Shown here: one piece after another, positions 19,876-29,720 of the stretch | Numbering within the stretch: the first letter of the stretch is position 1 | Layout: every line of letters starts with the position of its first letter | Source of the DNA: Candidatus Latescibacterota bacterium | Lineage (GTDB): Bacteria; Latescibacterota; UBA2968; UBA8231 | DNA: 64,000 nt | Assembly: GCA_965203175.1 (NCBI GenBank) | Contig: OZ241867.1 | Coordinates: 3,328,001-3,392,000 of the forward strand | Direction of reading: 5' to 3' | Translations under genes and position numbers: made by a program | The notes under the pieces: generated by a model | What the model saw: only the letters and a program-made list of their open reading frames with translations | What the model was told of the DNA's origin: nothing | Databases searched by the model: none

Positions 19876-21483
19876 GTGGCGCGATTGAAGTGGGGTGGTT
19901 TGTTGCCGCTGTGCATGGTGGCCTGCGCGCCTGCCGACGGCCCTTCCTTTCCCTTCATTGACAAGGCTAGTGAGTGGGGCTTGGAGCAGTCCCACGTCGG
20001 CGGCGGTGCGGAGAAGCGCTATATCGTCGAAGCCAAAGGCGGTGGGGCCGCGCTCCTCGATGCGGACGGCGACGGCGATTTGGACATCTACTGGGTCAAT
20101 GGGGAGGGCGGTGACAATGCCCTCTATCGCAACGACCGGGGCCGGGGCTTTGTCGATCGAGCGGCCGCAGCCGGTGCTGCGGGTCGCGGCTGGGGCATGG
20201 GCGCGCTGAGCGCGGATTACGATGCCGATGGCGACGCCGACCTGTACATCACGTGCCTGCGAGAAAACATCCTCTATCGCAACGACGGGTTGGAGCAATT
20301 CGCCGATGCCACGGCCCGCGCCGGGCTGGCGCTGCCGGTGTGGAGCACGGGCGCGGCCATGGGCGATGTGGATTTGGACGGCGACTTGGATTTGTATGTG
20401 GCCAATTACGCGGATTTTGATTCGTCCGCGGTGCGGCCCTTGGGCACGCAGTGGAAGGGCCGGGATGTATTCATCGGCCCGCTGGGCTTGCCCGCGTTGC
20501 CGGACGCGCTCTATCGCAACGATGGCGCGGGTACTTTTGCCGAGGTAACGGCGGCTAGCGGCCTCGGTCAGCACGACCCGGGCTATGGGTTTGCCGTGCT
20601 CTTCATCGACAGCGACGACGACGGGGATTTGGACCTGTACGTGGCCAACGACTCGACGCCCAATTTCCTCTACCGCAACGATGGCGCTGGCACTTTTGCC
20701 GAAGTGGGGCTACAGGCCCATGCCGCGCTGGGGGAAACGGGCTTGGCGCAGGCCGGCATGGGTGCGGCTTGGGGCGATTACGACAACGACGGCGACGGCG
20801 ATTTGCTGGTCACCAATTTTGAGGACGACTACAACACGCTGTATCGCAACACAGGCGGCGGCACGTTTGCGGATGTGAGCTTTGCCGCGGGCTTGGGCCG
20901 CATTAGCCTTCCCTACGTGGGGTTTGGCGCGGTCTTCCTCGATTTTGACAACGACGCCGACCAAGACTTGTTCGTGGCCAACGGGCACGTGTATCCGCAG
21001 ATCGAACGCCCGGGCAGCGGCGCGACCTACGCGCAAGCGAACCACTTGTTCGCCAATGACGCCGGCCATTTTCGCCTCGTCGAACTGGGCGAGGATCGGG
21101 CGGTTAGTCGCGGCGCAGTGGCCGGGGATTTTGACGACGACGGCCGCGTGGATCTGTTCGTCACCAACCTCAACGGCCGGCCCTCCTTGCTGCACAACCG
21201 GACGGCCGCTGATCATCACTGGCTCGGCCTGCGCCTTGTGGGCGCGGGGAAAAATCGCGAGGCCGTCGGCGCGAAGGTCGTATTGTGGAGTGGCGGCCAA
21301 AGGCAGCGGCGAGATGTGCTCTGCGGCGAGAGCTTCTTGGGCAGCGGCGACCGGCGCGTGCACTTTGGCTTGGGCGCGGCGGGCCGGGTGGATTCGCTGC
21401 ACATCTATTGGCCGAGTGGCGCGCTGCAAAGGCTGACTGACTTGCCGATTGACGCGTATGTGAGGGTTGAGGAGGGGGGCTAG
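19876..21483 (+). CDS. CRTAC1 family protein (FG-GAP repeats + ASPIC/UnbV)
   Basis: Repeated DxDxDGDLDLYV / LYRN motifs; C-terminal VHFGLG..IYWPSG. Confidence 0.9.
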   Translation: MARLKWGGLLPLCMVACAPADGPSFPFIDKASEWGLEQSHVGGGAEKRYIVEAKGGGAALLDADGDGDLDIYWVNGEGGDNALYRNDRGRGFVDRAAAAGAAGRGWGMGALSADYDADGDADLYITCLRENILYRNDGLEQFADATARAGLALPVWSTGAAMGDVDLDGDLDLYVANYADFDSSAVRPLGTQWKGRDVFIGPLGLPALPDALYRNDGAGTFAEVTAASGLGQHDPGYGFAVLFIDSDDDGDLDLYVANDSTPNFLYRNDGAGTFAEVGLQAHAALGETGLAQAGMGAAWGDYDNDGDGDLLVTNFEDDYNTLYRNTGGGTFADVSFAAGLGRISLPYVGFGAVFLDFDNDADQDLFVANGHVYPQIERPGSGATYAQANHLFANDAGHFRLVELGEDRAVSRGAVAGDFDDDGRVDLFVTNLNGRPSLLHNRTAADHHWLGLRLVGAGKNREAVGAKVVLWSGGQRQRRDVLCGESFLGSGDRRVHFGLGAAGRVDSLHIYWPSGALQRLTDLPIDAYVRVEEGG

Positions 21484-21547
21484 GGGCGGTTGCTGTGCGG
21501 CGTGCAGCGGCTATATTTGCGGACACCCACTCATATGGAGGCCTCTT

Positions 21548-21931
21548 ATGCGCGAATACCCATATCCAGAATACGACGGAGTGCGAAGCATTTTACTGGG
21601 AATAGTCCTCAGCATTCTGACGCTTGGGATTTACTATTTCTATTGGCAATACAAACAGATGGAAACGCTCAATGCGTGGCTGGGGCGGGAGGAGTACAAC
21701 TTCTGGCTTTGGCTCGTACTTTTTATCCTGACGTGCAGCATATTTGAGCTTTACTACGAATACAAGATGGCGAAGGGCATCAACGAGATTCAGGAGAACA
21801 ATAGTCTGCGCGTCAACGGAGACCTAGCGTTGATCTGCGTCCTAATTTCTATTTTTTCCCTCGGCTTGGCCGCTACTGCTATCCAGCAGTGGGAAGTCAA
21901 CAAGTTCTACGGTGAAAGTGCCGACGATTAG
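21548..21931 (+). CDS. DUF4234 membrane protein
   Basis: LSILTLGIY.FYW.YK pattern repeated; GGAGG RBS. Confidence 0.75.
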   Translation: MREYPYPEYDGVRSILLGIVLSILTLGIYYFYWQYKQMETLNAWLGREEYNFWLWLVLFILTCSIFELYYEYKMAKGINEIQENNSLRVNGDLALICVLISIFSLGLAATAIQQWEVNKFYGESADD

Positions 21932-22301
21932 TCCAGTTCACCTCGCGCGAATTTTCCTCGTTGGGTTGGCGCTCGTCGCTGCATTCTTGTCGTGGCTTGG
22001 CCCAGTGCTCGCCGAGACGTGGCCGACCCTGTGCCCCTTCCGTTTCCTCATCCAACTGCCCTGCCCAGGCTGCGGCATGGGGCGCGCCTGCATAGCCCTT
22101 GCCCAAGGCAACCTCGCCAGCGCTTGGCACTACCACCCCTTCGCGTTTTTCCTCGTCCCATTGGCCTTCGGCCTCGCGTGCTATCCGAGTCGATTCGGCC
22201 GCGCTTGGCTCGCGCTGCCCCCGTCTCTCCGCAAGGGCTTTGCCGGGGGCGTGCTGGCTCTCGTGCTGGCGTTGTGGGGGTATCGCTTACTGCTCGTCTA
22301 G
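21912..22301 (+). CDS. DUF2752 membrane protein
   Basis: CPFR...PCPGCGMGRA..A..YHP signature. Confidence 0.85.
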   Translation: MKVPTISPVHLARIFLVGLALVAAFLSWLGPVLAETWPTLCPFRFLIQLPCPGCGMGRACIALAQGNLASAWHYHPFAFFLVPLAFGLACYPSRFGRAWLALPPSLRKGFAGGVLALVLALWGYRLLLV

Positions 22302-22957
22302 TGGCTCAGCGCCCAGACCGCGATGTTGGCCCCCATTTTGAGGGCATCGAGTCGCTTGCTCTCCGGGTCGGTGTGGACGTCGGGGTCCTCCCATCCGTCG
22401 CCTAGATCTGCCTCATACGTGTACAGCACGGCTAGGCGCTCGCCCACAAAAAGCGCGAGCGCTTGTGGCCTTTTGCCGTCGTGTTCGTGGACTTTGGGCA
22501 GGCCCGCTGGCAACTCGAAGTGGCAGTGGAACAGGGGATGCTCGGGCGGCAGTTCCACCCACTCGGCGTTGGGGAAGACTTGGCGCATGGCGCGGCGGAA
22601 GCTCTCGTCCATGCCGTAGTTGTCGTCGGCGTGGAGAAAGCCGCCGCTTTCCAAGTAGTGCCGAAGCCGCACCGCCTCCTCAGCGGAAAAGGCCACATTG
22701 CCGTGCCCAGTCATGTAGATGTACGGATAGGAAAACAACTCCTCATCCATGATTTGCACGCGCGCCTCGGCTTCGGCCGCGTCGATTTGGGTGTGTTCCC
22801 TTAAGAAGCGGAGGAGGTTGGGTAGGGAAGAGGGGTCGCTGTACCAGTCCCCGCCGCCGCCGTATTGCAGCCGCGCAATGGTAAATAGGGGCTGGGCCGG
22901 GCCGTCCACTGCGAGGAGCGCGCTGGTGAGCGCGGCGTAGAGGGCGAGGCTGCGCAT
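22298..22957 (-). CDS. DUF4159 domain protein
   Basis: YGGGGDWY, YMTGHG, GGFLHADDNYG, DLGDGWE. Confidence 0.88.
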   Translation of the reverse strand: MRSLALYAALTSALLAVDGPAQPLFTIARLQYGGGGDWYSDPSSLPNLLRFLREHTQIDAAEAEARVQIMDEELFSYPYIYMTGHGNVAFSAEEAVRLRHYLESGGFLHADDNYGMDESFRRAMRQVFPNAEWVELPPEHPLFHCHFELPAGLPKVHEHDGKRPQALALFVGERLAVLYTYEADLGDGWEDPDVHTDPESKRLDALKMGANIAVWALSH

Positions 22958-22958
22958 G

Positions 22959-25169
22959 TCAGCGGCTGTTGATCACGGCGAATTTGCCGCGCACCGCGTT
23001 GCCGGTTTCAGCCTGCGCGACAAAGTAGTAAATACCCGACCCTACGAGAAAACCCGCCACACTCTGGCCATTCCAAGTGACTGCGCCTTCGCCCGCCGCG
23101 CCGTCGAGCTGACGGATGAGTTCGCCCGCCGCGGTGAAAATGCGCACGCCAGCGCCCAGCGGCAGGTCGGCAAAGGTCAGGGATGCGCCGCGCACGCCGA
23201 TGTAAAAGGGGTTGGGATACGCGTACGCTTGAGGCCCCGCCGCCGTCCCCGAGGCACCCAATTGCAGACGGCTCATTCCGTCGAGTGTGCCAATCCACAG
23301 CGCGTCGTTTTCACGGTCGAAGTACAGTGAGTTGACGCGGTTGTTGACGAGGCCGTCGCTGGTGTCGAGCGCGAACTCGACCTGGCCCTCGGTGTCGATG
23401 CGGGCCAAGCCGCCTTCGGTGCCGACCCAGATGCGCCCCCAGTCGTCTTCGGCCAGCGACGTGACCGCGGTGTTCGGCAGGCCGTTGTCGGCGTTGTACA
23501 CCTTCCAGCTTTCGACAGCAAAATGCGCGTCAGGGCGCGAATACTCGCCGCGCACTGCATTGAGGCCGTTGTTCGTGGCGACCCACACCCGCCCCGAGCG
23601 ATCGACGTGAATGTCGTTGACGGTATCGCTAGTCAGGCTTGGATATGTGGCCGTGTCGAAGGCGAGGCCGATCTCGTCGCCGGTCTCAAAAGAGGTCCCG
23701 CCATCGTCGAAGAGGAAAAAGCCGTCGAGCGCCGTCCCGACCCACTTCAGGTCGTCGGGACCAATGGCGATTTTGGTCATGTCCCGTCCCGCGGACATGC
23801 CGAAGTCCAACTGACTGTTGAGTGTGGCCCGTTGGGGCGGCCACCCATCCATGACGACTAGCCCATTTTGGACATTGGCAATCCACATCAAGCCGTTGGC
23901 ATCGCGGTCGATGTCGCTGATGGCGGCAAACGTATCGCCTTGGATACCTTCGAGGACCGAGTTCTTGGTGTTGAGGTGCTGCCACCGGCCACTGGCGTCG
24001 CGCACGTCAATGCCCACGCCCCAATTGCCGACCCACAGCAGGCCCTCGGCATCGGTTTCTACGGCCGAGACTTTATTGGACGACAGATTGGCCCTTCTGT
24101 TGTAGGTAGTCCAACCCTCGCCGTCGAACTCGTACAGACCAAAAGCGGGTAGATTGTCCTTGGGCACGGAGGCGACCCACAGATGACCGTTGGGGGTCTG
24201 GGTCATGTCGAAGAAGAAGTTGGCTCTAGGTTCGCGGGGCGGCGTCGGTGAGTCGGTGCCGAGGACGCGGAGGCCGCTCGCGCTGGCCACCCACAGGGGG
24301 CCGTCGGTATCGGACAGGTCGGCGGTACTGCTGATGTCCGACGCACTGAGCGGCTGCCAGCGGTTGCCTTGGCGCTGGGATAAGACGCCGTCAGCTGCCC
24401 CAGCGACGATGCTCCCCTCGAATAGTCCGAGGGCAACACTACTGGTCGTAGAGTAATCGATCTCGGGGTGGTCGAGCGCGGGATGCACTCGCCAGAGGCC
24501 GTCCGAAGCTGCGACGAAGAGCGTGTCTTGATAGACTAGCATGTCGCGCACCTCGCCTCTTATTATTAACTCAGCCTCCCAACTGCTGGGATCTTGGAGA
24601 TTGGGCTGGTCCAAATCTGCCCACACTAGACCGTTGACGGTCCCGGCCCACAGGAGACCGGCAAACACCTCAATGCTGGTCACCTCGGTGTCTTTGGCCA
24701 GACTCCCCAAGCGGCGATAGGTCTCCTTGACCTCCTCTTTGCTGATGATAAACGCACTGACGCCGCGTTCGCTGCCGACGTAGAGGATGTCCCCATGGGG
24801 CTCAAGGGCGTTGATGCGGAGGTTTTGGAAGTCGAGGAAGGGCGGATCGAAGTCATTTTTCTCAGGCCGATAGCGGCTCAAGCCCTGGGAGTGCGTACCA
24901 AACCACAGGTGGCCGTTGGCATCTACAGCTAAGCTCAAGATGAGGTTGCCTGGCAGGCCGTCGCGGCGGGTGAAGCGCGTATAGGTTTGGGTCTGCTGGT
25001 CGTAGCGCAGGACGCCGCCGCTGGTGCCGGCCCAGACTGCGTCTTGGTGGACGAGCACCCGGTTGATTTGGCGCATGCTGGTATAGGCTTCAAATCGGTC
25101 GTCGTCGGATAGCTGGGCACGGACGGGCAGGACCAAAAGCAGCAGTGGAGCAAGACAGAGCAAAAGCAT
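22959..25169 (-). CDS. PorZ-like beta-propeller protein with T9SS-type C-terminal domain
   Basis: Signal peptide, repeated W.GT..GL propeller blades, C-terminal AYPNPF..IFT.AGELIR..WNG..SGIY. Confidence 0.7.
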   Translation of the reverse strand: MLLLCLAPLLLLVLPVRAQLSDDDRFEAYTSMRQINRVLVHQDAVWAGTSGGVLRYDQQTQTYTRFTRRDGLPGNLILSLAVDANGHLWFGTHSQGLSRYRPEKNDFDPPFLDFQNLRINALEPHGDILYVGSERGVSAFIISKEEVKETYRRLGSLAKDTEVTSIEVFAGLLWAGTVNGLVWADLDQPNLQDPSSWEAELIIRGEVRDMLVYQDTLFVAASDGLWRVHPALDHPEIDYSTTSSVALGLFEGSIVAGAADGVLSQRQGNRWQPLSASDISSTADLSDTDGPLWVASASGLRVLGTDSPTPPREPRANFFFDMTQTPNGHLWVASVPKDNLPAFGLYEFDGEGWTTYNRRANLSSNKVSAVETDAEGLLWVGNWGVGIDVRDASGRWQHLNTKNSVLEGIQGDTFAAISDIDRDANGLMWIANVQNGLVVMDGWPPQRATLNSQLDFGMSAGRDMTKIAIGPDDLKWVGTALDGFFLFDDGGTSFETGDEIGLAFDTATYPSLTSDTVNDIHVDRSGRVWVATNNGLNAVRGEYSRPDAHFAVESWKVYNADNGLPNTAVTSLAEDDWGRIWVGTEGGLARIDTEGQVEFALDTSDGLVNNRVNSLYFDRENDALWIGTLDGMSRLQLGASGTAAGPQAYAYPNPFYIGVRGASLTFADLPLGAGVRIFTAAGELIRQLDGAAGEGAVTWNGQSVAGFLVGSGIYYFVAQAETGNAVRGKFAVINSR

Positions 25170-25178
25170 GGGGACGGC

Positions 25179-27635
25179 CTACATCATCGTTAAAGGGTCG
25201 ATATTGATGGAAAAGTGGAGGGCGTGATCTTTGGCGGCCTCGCGCATGGCCGGCAGCGCGCTGAAGGCCGTTGCGCGCAAGTGGCGCGCCGAGGGGCCGC
25301 GCAGAAGGGCTTGCCAACGGTAATGACCGCGCAGCCGCGCCAGCGGGGCCGGCGCAGGCCCGAACACGAGTGTATCTGCATCGAGGCCCTGCCGCAGGGC
25401 ATTTACGCCTTGTTGCGCCCCGATTTCAACGGCTTGTTCGCAGGGGCCGCGCCAGCGGAAGACGATTAGGCGGCCAAAAGGGGGGAACCCGGCCTGCCGC
25501 CGCTGGGCCAATTCATTGTGGGCAAAGCCCGCGTAATTTTGGTTTGCGGCCGCGCGCAGGGCTGCGTCGTCGGGCAGAAGCGTCTGGATGACGACTTCGC
25601 CGGCCGTGTGGCCGCGCCCCGAGCGGCCGGCGACTTGGGTCAGGAGCTGGAAGCTCCGCTCGGCCGCGCGGAAGTCGGGCAGGTGCATGCCGGTGTCGGC
25701 GGAAATCACGCCGACTAGCGTGACTTCGGGAAGGTCGAGTCCCTTGGCGATCATTTGGGTACCGAGCAGCACGTCGGCCTCGCCGCTGCGGAAGCGCTCG
25801 ATGAGTGCGTCGTGCGCGCCTTTCCAAGCGGTGGTGTCCACGTCCATGCGTATGACGCGGATGCCGGGAAATTGTTCCAAGAGGGCGCTTTCGACCCGTT
25901 GGGTCCCTACCCCGTCGAAGCGCAGCTCCGAGCTGCCGCAGGACGGGCACACCGGCGGCGGTGGGGCCGCAAAATCGCAGTAATGACAGCGGGTCTCAGA
26001 GGCAGCGGGTCGCCGGTGATAGGTCAGCGAGACTCGGCAACTGGGGCACTGGATCGGCTCACCACAGGCAGTGCAGCTAATGAAGGGCGCAAAGCCACGG
26101 CGATTTTGCAACAGGATGATTTTTTCGCCGCGATCAAGGCGGTCCTGTATCTTGCGCCGCAAGTCGTGCGAGAAGATGGCTCGCTGCTGCCTTTGGAAAG
26201 GCTCCTTCTTCATATCGACGACTGTCACTTGGGGCAAGGGGCGGTCGTCGATGCGGCGGGGCAAGGTGTGGAGGTGGTACTTGCCCGTGACGGCATTCCA
26301 ATGCGACTCTAGGCTGGGAGTGGCCGAGCCGAGGACAACGACGGCGTTGCCGTGCTGTCCGCGGACTAAGGCGAGGTCGCGGGCGTTGTAGGTGAGGGGA
26401 TGGCTGCTGTCTAGGTCCTCTTGCTTGTACGAGGTATCGTGCTCTTCATCCACGACAATCAGTCCCAAATTGTCCACCGGTGCGAGGATGGCCGAGCGAG
26501 CGCCTATGAGCACGCGCTGCTCGCGACGGCGCAAGCGCCGCCAAGTGTCGTAGCGCTCTCCGGTCGAGAGCTGGCTGTGGAGGACGGCGACTGCCTCGCC
26601 AAAGTGCTCCTTGAAGCGCCGCACCATCTGCCAAGCGAGGGCGATTTCTGGAACCAAGATGATTGCACCGCGCCCCGCGGCCAACGCCTGCGCTGCGAGT
26701 CGGACGTACACGAGGGTCTTGCCCGCACCGGTGACGCCTTGCAGTAGGGCTGGATAGAATTTTCGAGTGTCGAGCGCTGCCGACAGGGCGTCGAGTACCT
26801 GTTGTTGGTCGGCCGTAGGGACGAGGTCCGGCGGGGTACTGCTGGCGATGTGGGCGAGGGGATCGCGGACGACTTCCTCGGTAGTCGCCTCAAGCAAGCC
26901 ACGGCCTTCGAGGGCCTTGAGTACGGCCGAGGAAAATCCCGCCGCGCTCAGTTCGCTGCGCACGGCCGTGGGGTGATCGAGCAAGTAGCGCAGACAGGCC
27001 GCTTGGCGCGGCGCGCGTTTTTCGATGTCGGCGATGGCGGTGTGCGCGGCCGCTTCGTCGTTTAGGAGGAAGCGGCGTTGGCTCAGGGCGCGCGGCCGCC
27101 GGTCTTCGAGTACAGGCGCAATTTCAATGTGCCCGTTGCGGCGCAGAGTGCGCATCCCCTTCTCCAAGCCACGGCTGCCGAGTCGGCGCTTGAGGGTGCT
27201 AACCTTGAGAGAGCCGCTGCGATGGAGTTCGCTGAGTATCTGTGCCTCCATGCCCGTGTGGTGGACAGCGGCAGCGGACGCGTCGCGCAATTGTACGAGG
27301 CGGTTGGAACTGAGTTTGACGCCTGGGGGCAAGGCGGCCATCAGCGCACTGCCGAGGGGTGCCATGTAGTAGGAAGCCATCCAGCGGCAGAGCGCAACGA
27401 TCTCGGGGCTGAGGAGCGAGGTGTCGAGGATTTGTTCGATAGGGCGGATCTTACTTGGGGGGAGGTCTCCGAGTGTGGCTGGCCCCAAGACGATGCCGGT
27501 GAGCCGGCGCTGGACCACTGGCACCAACACCAAAGCCCCAGACCGCGCTTCAGCGGCGAGTTCAGCAGGTACGCCATAGGTCAACTCGCGCGCTACAGGT
27601 GGCGGCAGGGCGACCTCTACGTAGCCTTGGATCAT
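25179..27635 (-). CDS. priA: Primosomal protein N' (replication restart helicase)
   Basis: GVTGAGKT, LVPEIAL, DEEHD, NRRGF + CxxC motifs, GTQMIAKGLD, QVAGRSGR. Confidence 0.97.
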   Translation of the reverse strand: MIQGYVEVALPPPVARELTYGVPAELAAEARSGALVLVPVVQRRLTGIVLGPATLGDLPPSKIRPIEQILDTSLLSPEIVALCRWMASYYMAPLGSALMAALPPGVKLSSNRLVQLRDASAAAVHHTGMEAQILSELHRSGSLKVSTLKRRLGSRGLEKGMRTLRRNGHIEIAPVLEDRRPRALSQRRFLLNDEAAAHTAIADIEKRAPRQAACLRYLLDHPTAVRSELSAAGFSSAVLKALEGRGLLEATTEEVVRDPLAHIASSTPPDLVPTADQQQVLDALSAALDTRKFYPALLQGVTGAGKTLVYVRLAAQALAAGRGAIILVPEIALAWQMVRRFKEHFGEAVAVLHSQLSTGERYDTWRRLRRREQRVLIGARSAILAPVDNLGLIVVDEEHDTSYKQEDLDSSHPLTYNARDLALVRGQHGNAVVVLGSATPSLESHWNAVTGKYHLHTLPRRIDDRPLPQVTVVDMKKEPFQRQQRAIFSHDLRRKIQDRLDRGEKIILLQNRRGFAPFISCTACGEPIQCPSCRVSLTYHRRPAASETRCHYCDFAAPPPPVCPSCGSSELRFDGVGTQRVESALLEQFPGIRVIRMDVDTTAWKGAHDALIERFRSGEADVLLGTQMIAKGLDLPEVTLVGVISADTGMHLPDFRAAERSFQLLTQVAGRSGRGHTAGEVVIQTLLPDDAALRAAANQNYAGFAHNELAQRRQAGFPPFGRLIVFRWRGPCEQAVEIGAQQGVNALRQGLDADTLVFGPAPAPLARLRGHYRWQALLRGPSARHLRATAFSALPAMREAAKDHALHFSINIDPLTMM

Positions 27636-28540
27636 GGTTGGGCGTCGGGAGCCTCTTCTGTGAGGGGCTGTAAATTCGATCCTAGTATTTGTATGCCGTC
27701 GGCTGTGGCGCGGAAGCGCAGCACTTGATTGGGGTTGCCAAGCTGGCCGCCACCGAGTAATTCGCCGTCCAACCAATAGCTTATGCCGTGGGGATTGGTC
27801 GAGAGTACGACGAAGTGATCGCGGGCTTCAAAGCGGCGGCGCTCACCGGGCGCGATTGTACCCTCAAAATTTTCTACTGCCCCATCCCAGCGAATTTGCA
27901 CCCAAGTGGAGTCGCGGGCCTCTAGCTCGAGAACGACAAGGGAGGCGGTTTGCGCAGTAGCCGCGATCGTCGAGGTGTCTGCGGTAGCAGGTGCTTCAGA
28001 AGCCTCCGACTCGGTTGACGACTGGACGAGCAGGGTGTCGCTCAGGGCGACTACCGGCTGGGATTCGGTCGGAGGGGAGATCGTTTGTGCCGGGGTGTCT
28101 ATTTGCGTCGGGGCGGCGGATTGGGCTGGGGCCGTTGACGGTGCGGCTATCTTATCGCCGAAGAAGTAATACGCCACAGCGAGCAGGCAGCAGACGCCTA
28201 CTACCAAGCCGATGACGATCAGCGGCGTCCGCGAGCTACGCTGGGGCTTGGGCTGCTCTAGTAAGACCGTAGAGCGTTGACGAGGTCGGAGGACCTGTCT
28301 TTGCTGTTGGTCGAAGCGGGACAGTAACGGCTCGGGATCGAGGCCGAGGTATTCGGCATACTCTTTCAGGGCTAAACGGGCGAAGACCGGCTCGACCACA
28401 TCGAACTGGTCGGTTTCTAGGCCCTGTAAGACGGACAAACTAATGCCGGTCTGTTCTTGGATTTCTTCGAGATTGAGGCCGCGCGCTTGGCGTGCGGCCG
28501 ACAATTCTTCTGCAATGGTTTGTTGTTTTTCTTCGCTCAT
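27632..28540 (-). CDS. rodZ: RodZ-like HTH / TM / DUF4115 protein
   Basis: N-terminal HTH (YAEYLGLD), one TM helix, low-complexity linker, WVQI C-terminal domain. Confidence 0.75.
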   Translation of the reverse strand: MSEEKQQTIAEELSAARQARGLNLEEIQEQTGISLSVLQGLETDQFDVVEPVFARLALKEYAEYLGLDPEPLLSRFDQQQRQVLRPRQRSTVLLEQPKPQRSSRTPLIVIGLVVGVCCLLAVAYYFFGDKIAAPSTAPAQSAAPTQIDTPAQTISPPTESQPVVALSDTLLVQSSTESEASEAPATADTSTIAATAQTASLVVLELEARDSTWVQIRWDGAVENFEGTIAPGERRRFEARDHFVVLSTNPHGISYWLDGELLGGGQLGNPNQVLRFRATADGIQILGSNLQPLTEEAPDAQP

Positions 28541-29124
28541 TTTTGGGCCTGATGGTTTAGGTCGTACCCCACTGCGCGCAAAAGGACACAAAGACGGGCT
28601 AAGGGCAGACCTACTACATTATAATAACAACCTGCGATGCGTTCAATAAAGCGCGCCCCTAACCCTTGGATGCCATAGCCACCAGCTTTGTCGAGGGGTT
28701 CGCCGCTGGCGACGTAAGCGGCGATGTCAGCAGCGGTCAAGGCTCGCATCTCCACTTGGGTGCAAACGACTTCCTGCAGAAGCTGATCGCCGCTTTGGAT
28801 GGCCAGTCCGGTATAGACCTGATGGACCTTGCCCGAGAGGCGACCGAGCATGGAGGCTGCGTCGGCTGCGTCGGCGGGTTTGCCCAATATCGCGCCGTTG
28901 CAGCAGACGATGGTGTCCGCCGCGATAATAATGGCGTCTGCTGAGACTGCGCCGGCCACAGCGCGTGCTTTGGCCACGGCCGATTCGAGTGCGTAGTCGG
29001 CCGGGATGGACGTTGCGGGCACCGGCTCTGCCACCGGACTGGGGACGACTGTAAAGGGCAGGGCGAGTTGGCGCAACAAATCGGCGCGTCGGGGCGAGGC
29101 CGAGCCGAGGATGAGTGGCTTCAC
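28537..29124 (-). CDS. maf: Maf nucleotide pyrophosphatase
   Basis: LGSASPRR, ADTIV, GKP, DKAGGYGIQ, NVVGLP. Confidence 0.95.
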   Translation of the reverse strand: MKPLILGSASPRRADLLRQLALPFTVVPSPVAEPVPATSIPADYALESAVAKARAVAGAVSADAIIIAADTIVCCNGAILGKPADAADAASMLGRLSGKVHQVYTGLAIQSGDQLLQEVVCTQVEMRALTAADIAAYVASGEPLDKAGGYGIQGLGARFIERIAGCYYNVVGLPLARLCVLLRAVGYDLNHQAQK

Positions 29125-29564
29125 GCTGGAGACTCCACCATTAAGGTGACTGGGCCGTCGTTGTGGATTTCGACCTGCATGTAAGCGCCGAAGACGCCGC
29201 GTTGGGGCGGCAAGCCTTGTTCGGCGAGCAGGTCGAGAAAGCGCTCGTACAGGCGCTCGGCAACCGGGGGTGGAGCGGCTTGCACGAAACTGGGGCGGCG
29301 GCCCTTGCGGCAGTCGCCGTACAGGGTGAACTGAGAGATGGCGAGCACGCCGCCACCAACGTCGAGTACCGAGCGATTCATTTTGCCTTGGTCATCGGCG
29401 AAGATGCGCAGGTGAGCGCACTTTTCAGCGCAGAAGCGCAACGCTTGCTCGTCGTCGCTAGGGCCGAAGCCGACGAGCAGGACCAGACCCTGGCCGATTT
29501 GGCCGTGGAGCTCGCCATCGATGTGGACGCTAGCGTGGCTGACGCGCTGGACGAGGACTTTCAC
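29121..29564 (-). CDS. dtd: D-aminoacyl-tRNA deacylase
   Basis: QRV, SQFTL, KGRRPSF, NDGPVT. Confidence 0.97.
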   Translation of the reverse strand: MKVLVQRVSHASVHIDGELHGQIGQGLVLLVGFGPSDDEQALRFCAEKCAHLRIFADDQGKMNRSVLDVGGGVLAISQFTLYGDCRKGRRPSFVQAAPPPVAERLYERFLDLLAEQGLPPQRGVFGAYMQVEIHNDGPVTLMVESPA

Positions 29565-29720
29565 GGGCGGGAGTGGACTGTGATTATCGTGATTACTGTG
29601 ATTACCGTGATTGAGATGATATACCGGAGATGCGAGTTGTCAGAAGTCCAAGCCTTTGAGGCTTGGGGATCATCACATGAGTTTCAAATGTACCCCTCGC
29701 CGCACCTCTGTCAACTACGC

